Below, one piece after another: positions 10,070 to 18,931 of a stretch of 64,000 nt of DNA. Source of the DNA: an uncultured Flavobacteriales bacterium (GTDB taxonomy: Bacteria > Bacteroidota > Bacteroidia > Flavobacteriales_E > Vicingaceae); NCBI GenBank assembly GCA_905479325.1, contig CAJQLW010000010.1, positions 1,333-65,332 on the forward strand, given 5' to 3'. The position numbers and the translations under genes are program-made. Every line of letters begins with the position of its first letter. Positions within the stretch are counted from its first letter, which is position 1. The notes under the pieces are model-generated. The model was given only the letters and a program-made list of their open reading frames with translations, was not told the origin of the DNA and searched no databases.

Positions 10070-11371
10070 CTAATTGGTGATGATTATTTTCTTTTGAAAG
10101 CGTTCCTTTCCTCGTATAAGTTCCAAGATGTACAGTCCATTTCTTACTTCTAGATTTTGGTTGATATTATTCTCCGAAGTTTTGAATTCGGTTACAACTT
10201 TACCATTTAAATTAATAATTCTAATAACTTTAGAACCGATCAGATCGGTGTTCAAAATAAGTTGGTTATTCACAACAGGGTTTTGAATAACCAATCGGTT
10301 GTTTATGGATATTTCATCAATAGAGGTTGGGTTACCTCCAATTGTTATGTACTCTTCGTAGGGACAATTATTTGAATCTATCAGTATAATAATATATCTA
10401 CCGGCACAAATACTATCGAACCTACCACTATTCGAATTAAAATACGTGCCACTAAAGCTTCTTAATCTGAAGCGATATGGCGGACTGCCATTTTGAGCGC
10501 TAAACTGAATTGTATTTAAACAACCATTTGACCTTTGTAAAACTGTATCATTAAGAATGAAAGGAGTAGGACCAAGAATATCATAATAAATAGTATCGCG
10601 ATTATTCAGCGAGTCACGAAGAGCAAACCTGTAGATGCCAAAAGGGATATAACCAGTCATATACCAATTGGCAAATAAGCTGTCACGATACCAACCGTTA
10701 CCAATATTTCGCTCTATGGCTTCAACTCCAACAGTGGCACTATCCAAGTTCGTTTTATACAGATCTGGATTAAAACATCCAAAGCCGCTTGGACATGAGG
10801 AAGGAATAGCAGAGTCTAATGGACACTGTGGCCCATATCCTGGTTGAATCCACTTCAATTCATCAACGGTAAAACCATGTTCTTTTGCCCATTTTTTAAT
10901 AGGTTCTTGAGGCATGTCTTCAATATACAGGTAATTGAAATCTTTAGAGATAGATTTGGCTAAGTGTTCCTTTCCACTTTTAATAATCATTTGGCCAACC
11001 GCGCAAGCGGTTCCTAATTCATCTATAAAATAAGGGGTGCGTTCTTCATGATTTATATTTAAGGGAAAAATACCTTTTCTCCCATAAATCTCCAGTTCGT
11101 TCAACAACTGAACTCTATTTGTTTGTTGTAATGTATTCAAGTTAGTTACATCTTTATTTTGTAATACATCAACAACTAGCTTCAGGTGCAATTTAATAAG
11201 CTCTGTTTCTGTTTCCGGCTTTGCATGATCAATGCAAGTAACTTCGACCTCTTTCCAATATTTGTTCAATACAATCAAGCTTTGTTTCAGCGCTTGGTTG
11301 GCTTGGTTAGAATAAGAGAAAAGTGGAACGGTTAGACCAATGATTAAAAAGTATAGACTAATTTTTTTCAC
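10070..11371 (-). CDS. T9SS-sorted secreted protein of unknown function
   Basis: C-terminal ~75 aa has the T9SS CTD pattern (…GLYILELIRGKERFQKKIIITN). The track ORF runs to 11467, but the GTG at 11371 gives a proper signal peptide (KKISLYFLIIGLTVPLFS). Confidence 0.6.
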   Translation of the reverse strand: MKKISLYFLIIGLTVPLFSYSNQANQALKQSLIVLNKYWKEVEVTCIDHAKPETETELIKLHLKLVVDVLQNKDVTNLNTLQQTNRVQLLNELEIYGRKGIFPLNINHEERTPYFIDELGTACAVGQMIIKSGKEHLAKSISKDFNYLYIEDMPQEPIKKWAKEHGFTVDELKWIQPGYGPQCPLDSAIPSSCPSGFGCFNPDLYKTNLDSATVGVEAIERNIGNGWYRDSLFANWYMTGYIPFGIYRFALRDSLNNRDTIYYDILGPTPFILNDTVLQRSNGCLNTIQFSAQNGSPPYRFRLRSFSGTYFNSNSGRFDSICAGRYIIILIDSNNCPYEEYITIGGNPTSIDEISINNRLVIQNPVVNNQLILNTDLIGSKVIRIINLNGKVVTEFKTSENNINQNLEVRNGLYILELIRGKERFQKKIIITN

Positions 11372-11466
11372 TGCATAATTTTGGTGCACTAAGTTAATAA
11401 TAATCAACAATTCAAAAAAAAATAAAAATTTCAGGAATAGAATTCCATAGAACTTAACTTTTCCCA

Positions 11467-11474
11467 TACTTTTG
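11467..11474 (+). promoter_or_regulatory. -7 box (TACTTTTG) upstream of the helicase gene
   Basis: Matches TAnnTTTG. It implies the real helicase start is the ATG at 11484, not the TTG at 11472. Confidence 0.4.
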
Positions 11475-13022
11475 CAAACCCCTATGATTGAAAACGGAGC
11501 AATAGACCTAAGCGAGATTGAGAACAGTGAAGACGGAAAGGACTTATATCCCTTTCAGGAAGCTGCCATACAAGAAATTTCTAAGAAACTTAATGAATTA
11601 GAAGATAGCCATAATGTGCTTTTTCAGCTACCAACTGGTGGTGGGAAAACGGTTATATTTTCCGAGATTACTCGAAGATACATTAAGTCAACCGGTAAAA
11701 AGGTATTGATCTTGACCCACAGAATTGAGCTTTGTAAGCAGACTTCTAGAATGCTAACTGAGTTTAATGTTAATAATATGATTATTGACAGTAAGGTTAA
11801 ATCCGTTTCAGACGACAATGATTTTGTGGCTTTTGTAGCCATGGTAGAAACCTTGAACAATCGGTTACAAGAAGAAAAAATAACACTAAATAATGTAGGT
11901 TTAGTTATTGTCGATGAGGCTCATTACAATAGTTTTAGAAAGTTATTCAAGTACTTCGAAGAGGTCAATATTTTAGGTGTTACTGCAACCCCACTAAGCT
12001 CAAGTATTAAATTACCAATGAACGAAAATTACCAAGAATTGGTTATTGGAGAGTCAATAAGCAGTTTGGTGAATAAGGGCTATTTATCTAGAGCAACTAC
12101 ATACAGTTATAATGTAAGTTTAGATACGTTAAAAGTGGGTATCAATGGTGACTACACTGTCAAATCATCAGAGCAGTTGTACGGCAACTATATGATGCAA
12201 GAGAAATTGGTAAGAGCCTACGAAGAGAAATCGAAAGGCAAAAAGACACTAATTTTTAACAACGGAATTGCAACCTCTTTTGGTGTTTACGATACTTTTA
12301 AAGCGGCAGGTTATGAAATTCAACATTTAGATCACCATGTAGGAGAGCAGGAGAGAAGGGAGATTTTGCAATGGTTTAAGAATACACCAGACGCTATTTT
12401 AACTTCGGTTGGTATTTTAACAACTGGGTTTGACGAACCAACAGTAGAAACTATTATTTTAAACAGAGCAACAAGGTCGTTAGCTCTATACCATCAAATG
12501 ATAGGTCGAGGTTCAAGGGTTACTAAAACAAAAAAGACTTTCTCTGTAATCGATTTAGGAAATAATTTGCACCGTTTTGGTTTGTGGGATTCACCGGTAG
12601 ATTGGTATCACATATTTCAAGCACCGCACCAATATTATGACGATTTAAAGTCTGATGAAGTTATTGAGCGCCAGTTTATTTATGAAATGCCCGATGATTT
12701 AAAAGCTAAGTTTTCAAAATCTGAAGACATTAAGTTAAACATAAAGGCGGAGTACGATCATGCAATGAGCATGGGGATGCATTCTAAAATTGTAATTCAA
12801 AAGTCAATTGACCAACACTGTAAAATGTGCGTTGAAAATGCTGATGATATGTGGGATGCTTTGGATTTAGCCAAGGAGTTGAAAGATGATATTCAAGACC
12901 GAATTAAGCACTATTCATACTGCACCATAAAGACCACCAAAAACTATTTGGTTTGGCTCGAAGAGGACTATTACAGAAGATTAAACTCTCAGATTCGACA
13001 GGAATTTGCTAAAAGAGATTAA
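11472..13022 (+). CDS. SF2 DEAD/DEAH-box (Res-subunit-like) helicase with an uncharacterised C-terminal domain
   Basis: Walker A PTGGGKT, DEAH box VIVDEAHY, TATP, motif VI QMIGRGSR. About 130 C-terminal residues carry no motif I recognise. Confidence 0.8.
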   Translation: MQTPMIENGAIDLSEIENSEDGKDLYPFQEAAIQEISKKLNELEDSHNVLFQLPTGGGKTVIFSEITRRYIKSTGKKVLILTHRIELCKQTSRMLTEFNVNNMIIDSKVKSVSDDNDFVAFVAMVETLNNRLQEEKITLNNVGLVIVDEAHYNSFRKLFKYFEEVNILGVTATPLSSSIKLPMNENYQELVIGESISSLVNKGYLSRATTYSYNVSLDTLKVGINGDYTVKSSEQLYGNYMMQEKLVRAYEEKSKGKKTLIFNNGIATSFGVYDTFKAAGYEIQHLDHHVGEQERREILQWFKNTPDAILTSVGILTTGFDEPTVETIILNRATRSLALYHQMIGRGSRVTKTKKTFSVIDLGNNLHRFGLWDSPVDWYHIFQAPHQYYDDLKSDEVIERQFIYEMPDDLKAKFSKSEDIKLNIKAEYDHAMSMGMHSKIVIQKSIDQHCKMCVENADDMWDALDLAKELKDDIQDRIKHYSYCTIKTTKNYLVWLEEDYYRRLNSQIRQEFAKRD

Positions 13023-13704
13023 CCTTTAGTTCAGAAATATTTACAAGTTTAGATTTTAGAGCGAAAAGTACGAGACAGGTCGTGTTTCGACATTTTGTTT
13101 TTTGTAACAGTTTTAACCTGTGGCCATCGACCGCTCTGCTGCTAACGTTCATCATTTTTGCAATCTCCTCAGTCGTTATGCCATAGCAAATGTGCTTTAA
13201 TACTTCCAACTCTCTTTCAGATAGAGTATTTTCGGCACTCAGTATTATCTGATCTGTAGAGTCCACACTGGCATCTTCGAGTGCATCTTTTGCTGCTTTA
13301 TTAAAATAAAAATCATCGACAAGAACAGCCTTAATTGCTTGCTCAACCTCTTTAGGATCTGAGCTTTTATCTAAGTATGCATTGGCTCCTTTTTCATATA
13401 GATGAACAATTATATCGGCATCATCAAAAGAGGAGATGATGATAATTTTAATTTCGGGGTACAAGCGTTTTAGTATTTCGGTGGTTCGTATGCCATCTAA
13501 AACAGGCATGTTTAAATCTAGAATGGTAATATCAGGCAACATTTCATTGCACTCAAGAATATCTTCATAGATATCAAGAAGTTCTTGTCCATTTTCTGCT
13601 TCTTCTACAACAGTAATCTTCTCAAACGAGTTCATGAGCGATACAATTCCTTTCCTAAACAGTGCTTGATCTTCAGCTATTCCGACTCTAATTGACTTGT
13701 TCAT
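13009..13704 (-). CDS. NarL/LuxR-family response regulator (REC + HTH)
   Basis: REC motifs (AEDQ…, DLNMPVLDG, K at ~105). C-terminal LuxR HTH LSERELEVLKHICYGITTEEIAKMMNVSSRAVDGHR. No adjacent histidine kinase. Confidence 0.9.
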   Translation of the reverse strand: MNKSIRVGIAEDQALFRKGIVSLMNSFEKITVVEEAENGQELLDIYEDILECNEMLPDITILDLNMPVLDGIRTTEILKRLYPEIKIIIISSFDDADIIVHLYEKGANAYLDKSSDPKEVEQAIKAVLVDDFYFNKAAKDALEDASVDSTDQIILSAENTLSERELEVLKHICYGITTEEIAKMMNVSSRAVDGHRLKLLQKTKCRNTTCLVLFALKSKLVNISELKVNLF

Positions 13705-13873
13705 TTACATACATTTTAATGAGACTTTCGATTTTTCATTTTTGCGGTCTGGAGTTTAAAACTCTTCAATTGACAAAATAGTTGCATTTGAACGTATAAA
13801 TAGCCATAACTGCTTTTTATTCAGAAAATTTAACAAATTATTTTTTTGAATAATCAATTTTAGCTGTTCTAAG

Positions 13874-13921
13874 TTGCTGAAAAAAATGACAAAAAACAGG
13901 TATTTATACTCGTTTTTTTTT
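13874..13921 (+). repeat. Copy A of a ~48-nt conserved intergenic element
   Basis: ttgctgaaaaaaatgacaaaaaacaggtatttatactcgttttttttt matches the reverse complement of 54056..54102 with 2 substitutions and 2 single-nt indels. Confidence 0.8.
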
Positions 13922-14054
13922 CAGAATTGATATAGAACTTTACTCCTGAAGAGCATGATTAAGATTTAGTAGAATTAATAATGTTAGGTTTCGGCGATAA
14001 ATGTGTTTAATTATTTTGGTTTTAATTTAAAAAAATTGCTGAACCGATATAAAG

Positions 14055-14088
14055 CCCTTGTTTCTTACTTTTGAAACAAGGGTTTTTT
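14055..14088 (+). terminator. Strong intrinsic-terminator-like hairpin ending 9 nt before the next start codon
   Basis: Perfect 10-bp stem cccttgtttc / gaaacaaggg, 8-nt loop, then TTTTTT. Confidence 0.6.
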
Positions 14089-14096
14089 AGTTTCTT

Positions 14097-14615
14097 ATGA
14101 GTAAAACAAAGCTGATTAAATTTTTAAAAGAATTACCAAAGGAGGAGCTAGAGGAGCAACTTTTTGATTTGTATAATCGATTTAAAGAAGTTAAAGAGTT
14201 TTATGACTTTTCGTTTAATCCGAACGAGCAGAAAAGAATAGATCATGCTAAGTTAAAAATCTCAAAAGAATATTTTCCTGAAGGTAAACGGAAGGCGAAG
14301 AAGCGGAGATCTATCGCTCAAAAAGAAATTGAACATTTACGAAAGTTGGAGGTGGAGCCTTCATTAATTATTGATTTAATATTGTACAACATTGAAATTG
14401 CTCAGGCGTACAACGAAGAAAAACCAATAGTGCAAGAAGCATTCTATAAAAGTATGCTCAGTTCTTATCGTAAAGCACTGGTATACATAGCGCAACAATT
14501 CTTACAACGCGAATTTGATGACCGGATTATCCGCATACAAAAAACGGCGTTGAACCAAGGTTGGTTTAACGCCGCTGCCTTTAAAATTGCGGTTAAAGAA
14601 TTGTTAGAAGACTAA
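14097..14615 (+). CDS. Conserved hypothetical protein (DUF6155-like)
   Basis: 172-aa helical protein whose N-terminus (MSKTKLIKFLKELPKEELEEQLFDLY) resembles a Bacteroidota-wide hypothetical family. No catalytic motif. Confidence 0.5.
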   Translation: MSKTKLIKFLKELPKEELEEQLFDLYNRFKEVKEFYDFSFNPNEQKRIDHAKLKISKEYFPEGKRKAKKRRSIAQKEIEHLRKLEVEPSLIIDLILYNIEIAQAYNEEKPIVQEAFYKSMLSSYRKALVYIAQQFLQREFDDRIIRIQKTALNQGWFNAAAFKIAVKELLED

Positions 14616-15362
14616 TTTACGCGATTCAAAGTTGCCATTATCGCTAGAAAATCTGACGATGTAGACTCCTTTTTTGAAACCTGAAATATTAATCTGTTCA
14701 TAGCCTCTCGTTATAAACTGATTCAATACCAATTGACCATTTGTATTGTAAATACTAATTTTTTGAATGTTTTGAGGAACATTTTGCAAATTAAGTAATT
14801 CATTTGTAACAAATATTTTAGCATCTTGAAGAATTTTTTTCTGAATTCCTACGGTAGATTGAGCTAATGCCATGCTTCTCGCAATAGAGCTATTTGGACC
14901 TTGATAAACTATACTTGAGTCAACGGCAGAGTACATATAATACCTTGGAGAGCTTGCTTGCACCCAAAGTCTATTTGAGTCAGGAAAGGTAAAAATATCG
15001 TTCCACGAGTATGTTGCTTTCCAATTGTTGGTTAGTAGGCATGAATTATTTGTGAAGTTGGCTGCAGAGCTTGAATAAGTATAAGATATTGCTCCCCAAA
15101 CTTCAACATTAGTAGAATTTGCTGCAGCCCAAGTTTGCCAGCCTGGAGCAGCGCTGCGACAGATTGAACAATCCACTCCTTTGTGAGCTACAATTACCGA
15201 TTTACCAGTTGCAAGGGTTGTATAAATGTTTTTGGAGTTGGCATTACAGTCATAAACTGTTCTATTCGATGGAGGTTGGCTCATTACAGAAGTAACGGTG
15301 AAAAGACAAATAAAAGAGCATATTATTCTTAACATGATTTTTATTTCAAATATAGGTTTCAT
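14604..15362 (-). CDS. T9SS-sorted secreted protein of unknown function
   Basis: Signal peptide and T9SS CTD (…ISIYNTNGQLV…GVYIVRFSSDNGNFESRKLVF). Confidence 0.6.
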   Translation of the reverse strand: MKPIFEIKIMLRIICSFICLFTVTSVMSQPPSNRTVYDCNANSKNIYTTLATGKSVIVAHKGVDCSICRSAAPGWQTWAAANSTNVEVWGAISYTYSSSAANFTNNSCLLTNNWKATYSWNDIFTFPDSNRLWVQASSPRYYMYSAVDSSIVYQGPNSSIARSMALAQSTVGIQKKILQDAKIFVTNELLNLQNVPQNIQKISIYNTNGQLVLNQFITRGYEQINISGFKKGVYIVRFSSDNGNFESRKLVF

Positions 15363-15482
15363 TGCCTAATCCAAAAGTCGTCCATTAGACGTATATCTCT
15401 AAATTAAAACAAAATGAATTCCTTCATGTTTTAAAGTTCTAACTTGAAAAATAATTCTAGTACTTTGTAAAATAATCTATTT

Positions 15483-16319
15483 ATGAAAAAAACATTACTA
15501 TCTGTCTTCGGAATTTCCATTCTTGCAATAAGTGTTCAAATTACTTTAACTTCTAGTTCCAATGGTAGAGCTTTTGCTGCCAACTCAGGCAATACTGGCG
15601 CACCTGGCGAAGTTACAACGTGCAGAAGCTGTCATGGCGCAGGTTTCGGCACAACAGTTTCTATAGCTATAAAAGATGCTCAAGGAAATCCCATTACTTC
15701 CTACGTGCCCGGATCAATTTACGATGCCGAATTTACAGTAAATGCTAATGGCGCAAGTGGATATGGTTTTCAGATGGTGAGTTTAAATAGTTCAAATGCT
15801 CCTGTAAATGGTTTTTCAACACCTACAACAAACACGAGGCTTGTAACATTGGGCAATGGCAGACAATATGCTGAGCACGCCGGAAGAAGCTCTACTAATA
15901 CTTTTAGCACTCAATGGACAGCACCATCTTCCGGAACAGGAACGGTAACTTTTTATGGTGGTGGAGCAGCAGTCAATAATAACGGTGGTACCGGTGGTGA
16001 TGGCGGTAATACAACCATCCTAAGTCTTACTGAAAATACATCAGTAGGTATTGCAGAGCCAACGCTTCGTGATGAATTATTGGTATACCCAAATCCAACT
16101 CGAAACGTAATTAAGCTAGAAAATACAGCTGAGAGTGTTAAAAATTCGGTTGTGGAAGTATACAATATGAAAGGTCAACTCTTTATTTCAGAGAACATTA
16201 CCTTGTTGCAAAATAATGCCGAACTATTAAATGTCACAGGACTGAACAATGGTTTTTATATTTTGCGAGTTACAGAGGGCAACAAGACCTTGGAGCAGAA
16301 AATAATGATTGAAAACTAG
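15483..16319 (+). CDS. T9SS-sorted secreted protein (reeler / choice-of-anchor-like domain)
   Basis: Signal peptide, N-terminal GAPGE.TC..CH motif, Gly-rich linker, CTD (LLVYPNPT…GFYILRVTEGNKTLEQKIMIEN). Confidence 0.6.
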   Translation: MKKTLLSVFGISILAISVQITLTSSSNGRAFAANSGNTGAPGEVTTCRSCHGAGFGTTVSIAIKDAQGNPITSYVPGSIYDAEFTVNANGASGYGFQMVSLNSSNAPVNGFSTPTTNTRLVTLGNGRQYAEHAGRSSTNTFSTQWTAPSSGTGTVTFYGGGAAVNNNGGTGGDGGNTTILSLTENTSVGIAEPTLRDELLVYPNPTRNVIKLENTAESVKNSVVEVYNMKGQLFISENITLLQNNAELLNVTGLNNGFYILRVTEGNKTLEQKIMIEN

Positions 16320-16454
16320 CTCTAAAGAGGCGAAAGCAGTTATTTATGGTGTAAAAGTTGTTCAACCTAATGTGGTACTGAATTCTTTTCTATAGTATTA
16401 ACAGGTTGTTTTCGCCTCATTTGAATTAAATAATTCCAATTCAAATGCTTTGGG

Positions 16455-16462
16455 TATTTTTG
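16455..16462 (+). promoter_or_regulatory. -7 box (TATTTTTG) upstream of the DEAD-box helicase
   Basis: Matches TAnnTTTG, 23 nt upstream of the TTG start at 16485. Confidence 0.45.
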
Positions 16463-16484
16463 CAGTTCATTAAACAAGAATTAT

Positions 16485-18326
16485 TTGAGTACATTTAAAG
16501 AACTAGGACTTTCAACGAACCTGTTGAACGTAATAGAAGAAATGGGGTTTACAACTCCAACGCCTATCCAAGAAAAATCAATTCCATTTTTATTAAAAGA
16601 CAAAAACGAGAAAAGTGACTTTATTGGTTTAGCCCAAACTGGAACCGGTAAAACGGCAGCTTTTGGTTTACCACTAATTGATTTAGTAGATAGCGAGAAT
16701 AAGGCTACACAAGCACTTATTATGGCGCCAACTAGGGAGTTGGGTCAACAAACAGCAAAGCAATTGGTAGAGTTTTCTGCCAAATACAAGCAGTTGAACG
16801 TAGAGGTTGTTTATGGTGGCGCAGCCATCACCAATCAAATTAACGCATTGAAGCGACCCACGCAAATTGTGGTTGCTACTCCTGGGCGTTTGTTAGATTT
16901 GATTCGAAGAAAAGCAATTCGTTTAGATGACGTGAAATACGTGGTTCTAGATGAAGCCGACGAAATGTTAAACATGGGCTTCAAAGAAGATATTGATGAA
17001 ATCTTATCTTATACTCGTGAAGATCGTTCTACGTGGTTGTTCTCGGCAACAATGCCTGCTGACATACGCAGAATTATAAAGAAGTATATGACCAACCCAA
17101 TGGAGGTTGCTGTTAATACTGAGTCAAAAACCAACATAGATATTACGCATCAATACATTGTTACACGTAACGATGATAAGGTAATAGCATTGCGACGATT
17201 TTTAGACATAGCTCCTGACATGAAGGGGATTATGTTCTGTAGAACAAAAAGAGAAACGCAAGAAATTACAGATAACTTAGGTCAACTAGGTTACGAAGTA
17301 GAGGCGTTGCATGGTGATTTATCTCAAGCACAAAGGGATGCAGCTATGCGGAGATTCAAAGCTAGAAACATGCAGTTACTAATTGCTACAGATGTTGCAG
17401 CAAGAGGGATTGATGTTAATGATTTAACGCATGTGCTTCACCACAAAATTCCGGACCAGTTAGAAGCATATACTCACAGAAGTGGTAGAACTGGTAGAGC
17501 AGGAAATAAAGGAATTTCTATTGCTTTTATAAACAATAGAGAAGGAAGAAAAATAGCTGATATTGAGCGTAAAAACAACATTACGTTTGAAAAAATTGAG
17601 GTGCCAAAGGCAAGCGAACTTAAAAAAGTAAGACTTGAAAACTGGGTAAAATCGACACTGGCTATGCCAATTGACGAAGAAGCTGAAGAAAATTTAGCTG
17701 CTTTATTGCCACATTTTGAGGCCTTGTCAAAAGAAGATTTGTTGAAACGTATGATTTCTTTAGAGTTAAAGCAACTAAAAGGAACGGATAAAGGAGATTT
17801 AAACGTTTCATCTGACTCTAGAAGTAGAGATGATGACCGTGGAGATAGAAGAGATCGAGGTGATCGAGGAGACCGACCTGAACGAAGAGAAAGAGAAGGG
17901 AACAGATACTTTATTAACTTGGGTAAAAACGATGGTTTAAGCAAGGTTGATTTACTTGAATTTGTAAGTGAAGTGTCGGGTGCTAAGAAGTCTCAAATTA
18001 ATGATATAGCAGTTCAAGATAAACGCTCATTTTTTAACCTAGACGACAGTCAAGTTAAAGGTTTTGAAGACAAATTTGAAGGTCTTGAATTGGAAAGCGG
18101 TCATGCGATTCGTGTAAACAAAGAAACTGGGTCTAGCGATGGTGGAAGCCGTGGCGCAAGAAGCAGCTTTGGAGGCGGTGGCGGATCTGGAAGAAGACCA
18201 AAAGGTGCCGGAGGTGGCAGAAGGTCTTCTGGTGGAGGCGAGCGAAGCGGAAGAAGCGGCGGTGGATTCTCTGGAAAGAGAGGAAGTTCAAGCAGTTCTA
18301 GTGGAGCAAGAGGAAGACGAAGATAA
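16485..18326 (+). CDS. DEAD-box RNA helicase (DeaD/CsdA-like) with a DbpA-type RNA-binding domain and an RGG/SG-rich tail
   Basis: Q motif, AQTGTGKTAAF, DEAD (VLDEADEML), SAT, HRSGRTGRAG. An RD/RG repeat region and the final ~65 aa are Gly/Arg/Ser low complexity. Confidence 0.9.
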   Translation: MSTFKELGLSTNLLNVIEEMGFTTPTPIQEKSIPFLLKDKNEKSDFIGLAQTGTGKTAAFGLPLIDLVDSENKATQALIMAPTRELGQQTAKQLVEFSAKYKQLNVEVVYGGAAITNQINALKRPTQIVVATPGRLLDLIRRKAIRLDDVKYVVLDEADEMLNMGFKEDIDEILSYTREDRSTWLFSATMPADIRRIIKKYMTNPMEVAVNTESKTNIDITHQYIVTRNDDKVIALRRFLDIAPDMKGIMFCRTKRETQEITDNLGQLGYEVEALHGDLSQAQRDAAMRRFKARNMQLLIATDVAARGIDVNDLTHVLHHKIPDQLEAYTHRSGRTGRAGNKGISIAFINNREGRKIADIERKNNITFEKIEVPKASELKKVRLENWVKSTLAMPIDEEAEENLAALLPHFEALSKEDLLKRMISLELKQLKGTDKGDLNVSSDSRSRDDDRGDRRDRGDRGDRPERREREGNRYFINLGKNDGLSKVDLLEFVSEVSGAKKSQINDIAVQDKRSFFNLDDSQVKGFEDKFEGLELESGHAIRVNKETGSSDGGSRGARSSFGGGGGSGRRPKGAGGGRRSSGGGERSGRSGGGFSGKRGSSSSSSGARGRRR

Positions 18327-18397
18327 AAGGTTGGATTCTGTTAATTCTCCAAAAAATATAACAACTTTAAGACATAATATAAATTACTAAGTAACCT

Positions 18398-18853
18398 ATG
18401 GGTAGATCACAAGAAACATTCGGAAAAAAAGAAAAAGAAAAGAAAAGGCAGAAGAAAAGAGAGGAAAAAGAAAAGAAGAGATTGGAACGAAAAGAAAACT
18501 CTCCTGGAGGTGGCCTTGAAAATATGATCGCCTATGTTGATGAATATGGAAATATTACAGACACTCCGCCGGATGAAGATGCAAAGAAAAAAGCAGTTGT
18601 AAAAGCTGAAGATATCGTATTAGGAATTCCTCAAAAAGGAGAAGAAGATCCTGCTGATTTAATTCATGAAGGAAAGGTTACCTTTTTTAATGACTCTAAA
18701 GGTTACGGGTTTATTCGAGATTTAAAAGATCAAGAAAGTTATTTTGTGCACGTTAACGGATTAAAAGAAGACGTTACCGAAGGAGATAAAGTAAGTTTCG
18801 AGCTAGAAAAAGGGCAGAAGGGGTTAATGGCTGTAAGGGTTAAGAAAGTTTAA
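18398..18853 (+). CDS. Cold-shock-domain protein with a lysine/glutamate-rich N-terminal extension
   Basis: C-terminal CSD with RNP1-like KGYGFI (GKVTFFNDSKGYGFIRD). The N-terminal ~35 aa are KEKEKKRQKKREEKEKKR. Confidence 0.85.
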   Translation: MGRSQETFGKKEKEKKRQKKREEKEKKRLERKENSPGGGLENMIAYVDEYGNITDTPPDEDAKKKAVVKAEDIVLGIPQKGEEDPADLIHEGKVTFFNDSKGYGFIRDLKDQESYFVHVNGLKEDVTEGDKVSFELEKGQKGLMAVRVKKV

Positions 18854-18878
18854 CTGTCCCAAAAATAAAATAGTAATG

Positions 18879-18912
18879 ATGCCTAAAATGTAATGTTTTA
18901 GGCATTTACTTT
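18879..18912 (+). terminator. Intrinsic terminator after the CSD gene
   Basis: 10-bp stem atgcctaaaa / ttttaggcat, 7-nt loop, T-rich tail. Confidence 0.7.
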
Positions 18913-18914
18913 TG
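18907..18914 (+). promoter_or_regulatory. -7 box (TACTTTTG) upstream of the second DEAD-box helicase
   Basis: Matches TAnnTTTG, 18 nt before the ATG at 18932. Confidence 0.45.
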
Positions 18915-18931
18915 CAGTAAATAGAAGGTGT

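Noticed and set aside
16327-16418. 9-bp inverted repeat gaggcgaaa / tttcgcctc enclosing 74 nt upstream of the DEAD-box helicase, considered as a cold-shock-type structured leader or terminator
   Set aside because: It is a single short stem with a very long loop and no T-tail, and I could not identify supporting inner helices by eye. That is too weak to call.
17474-18390. ORFs 17474..17944 (-) and 18139..18390 (+) overlapping the DEAD-box helicase gene
   Set aside because: They are alternative-frame or antisense readings of the RD/RGG low-complexity repeat region. Their products are Ser/Pro/Leu or Glu/Ala homopolymer-like and have no start context. The helicase frame carries all the conserved motifs.
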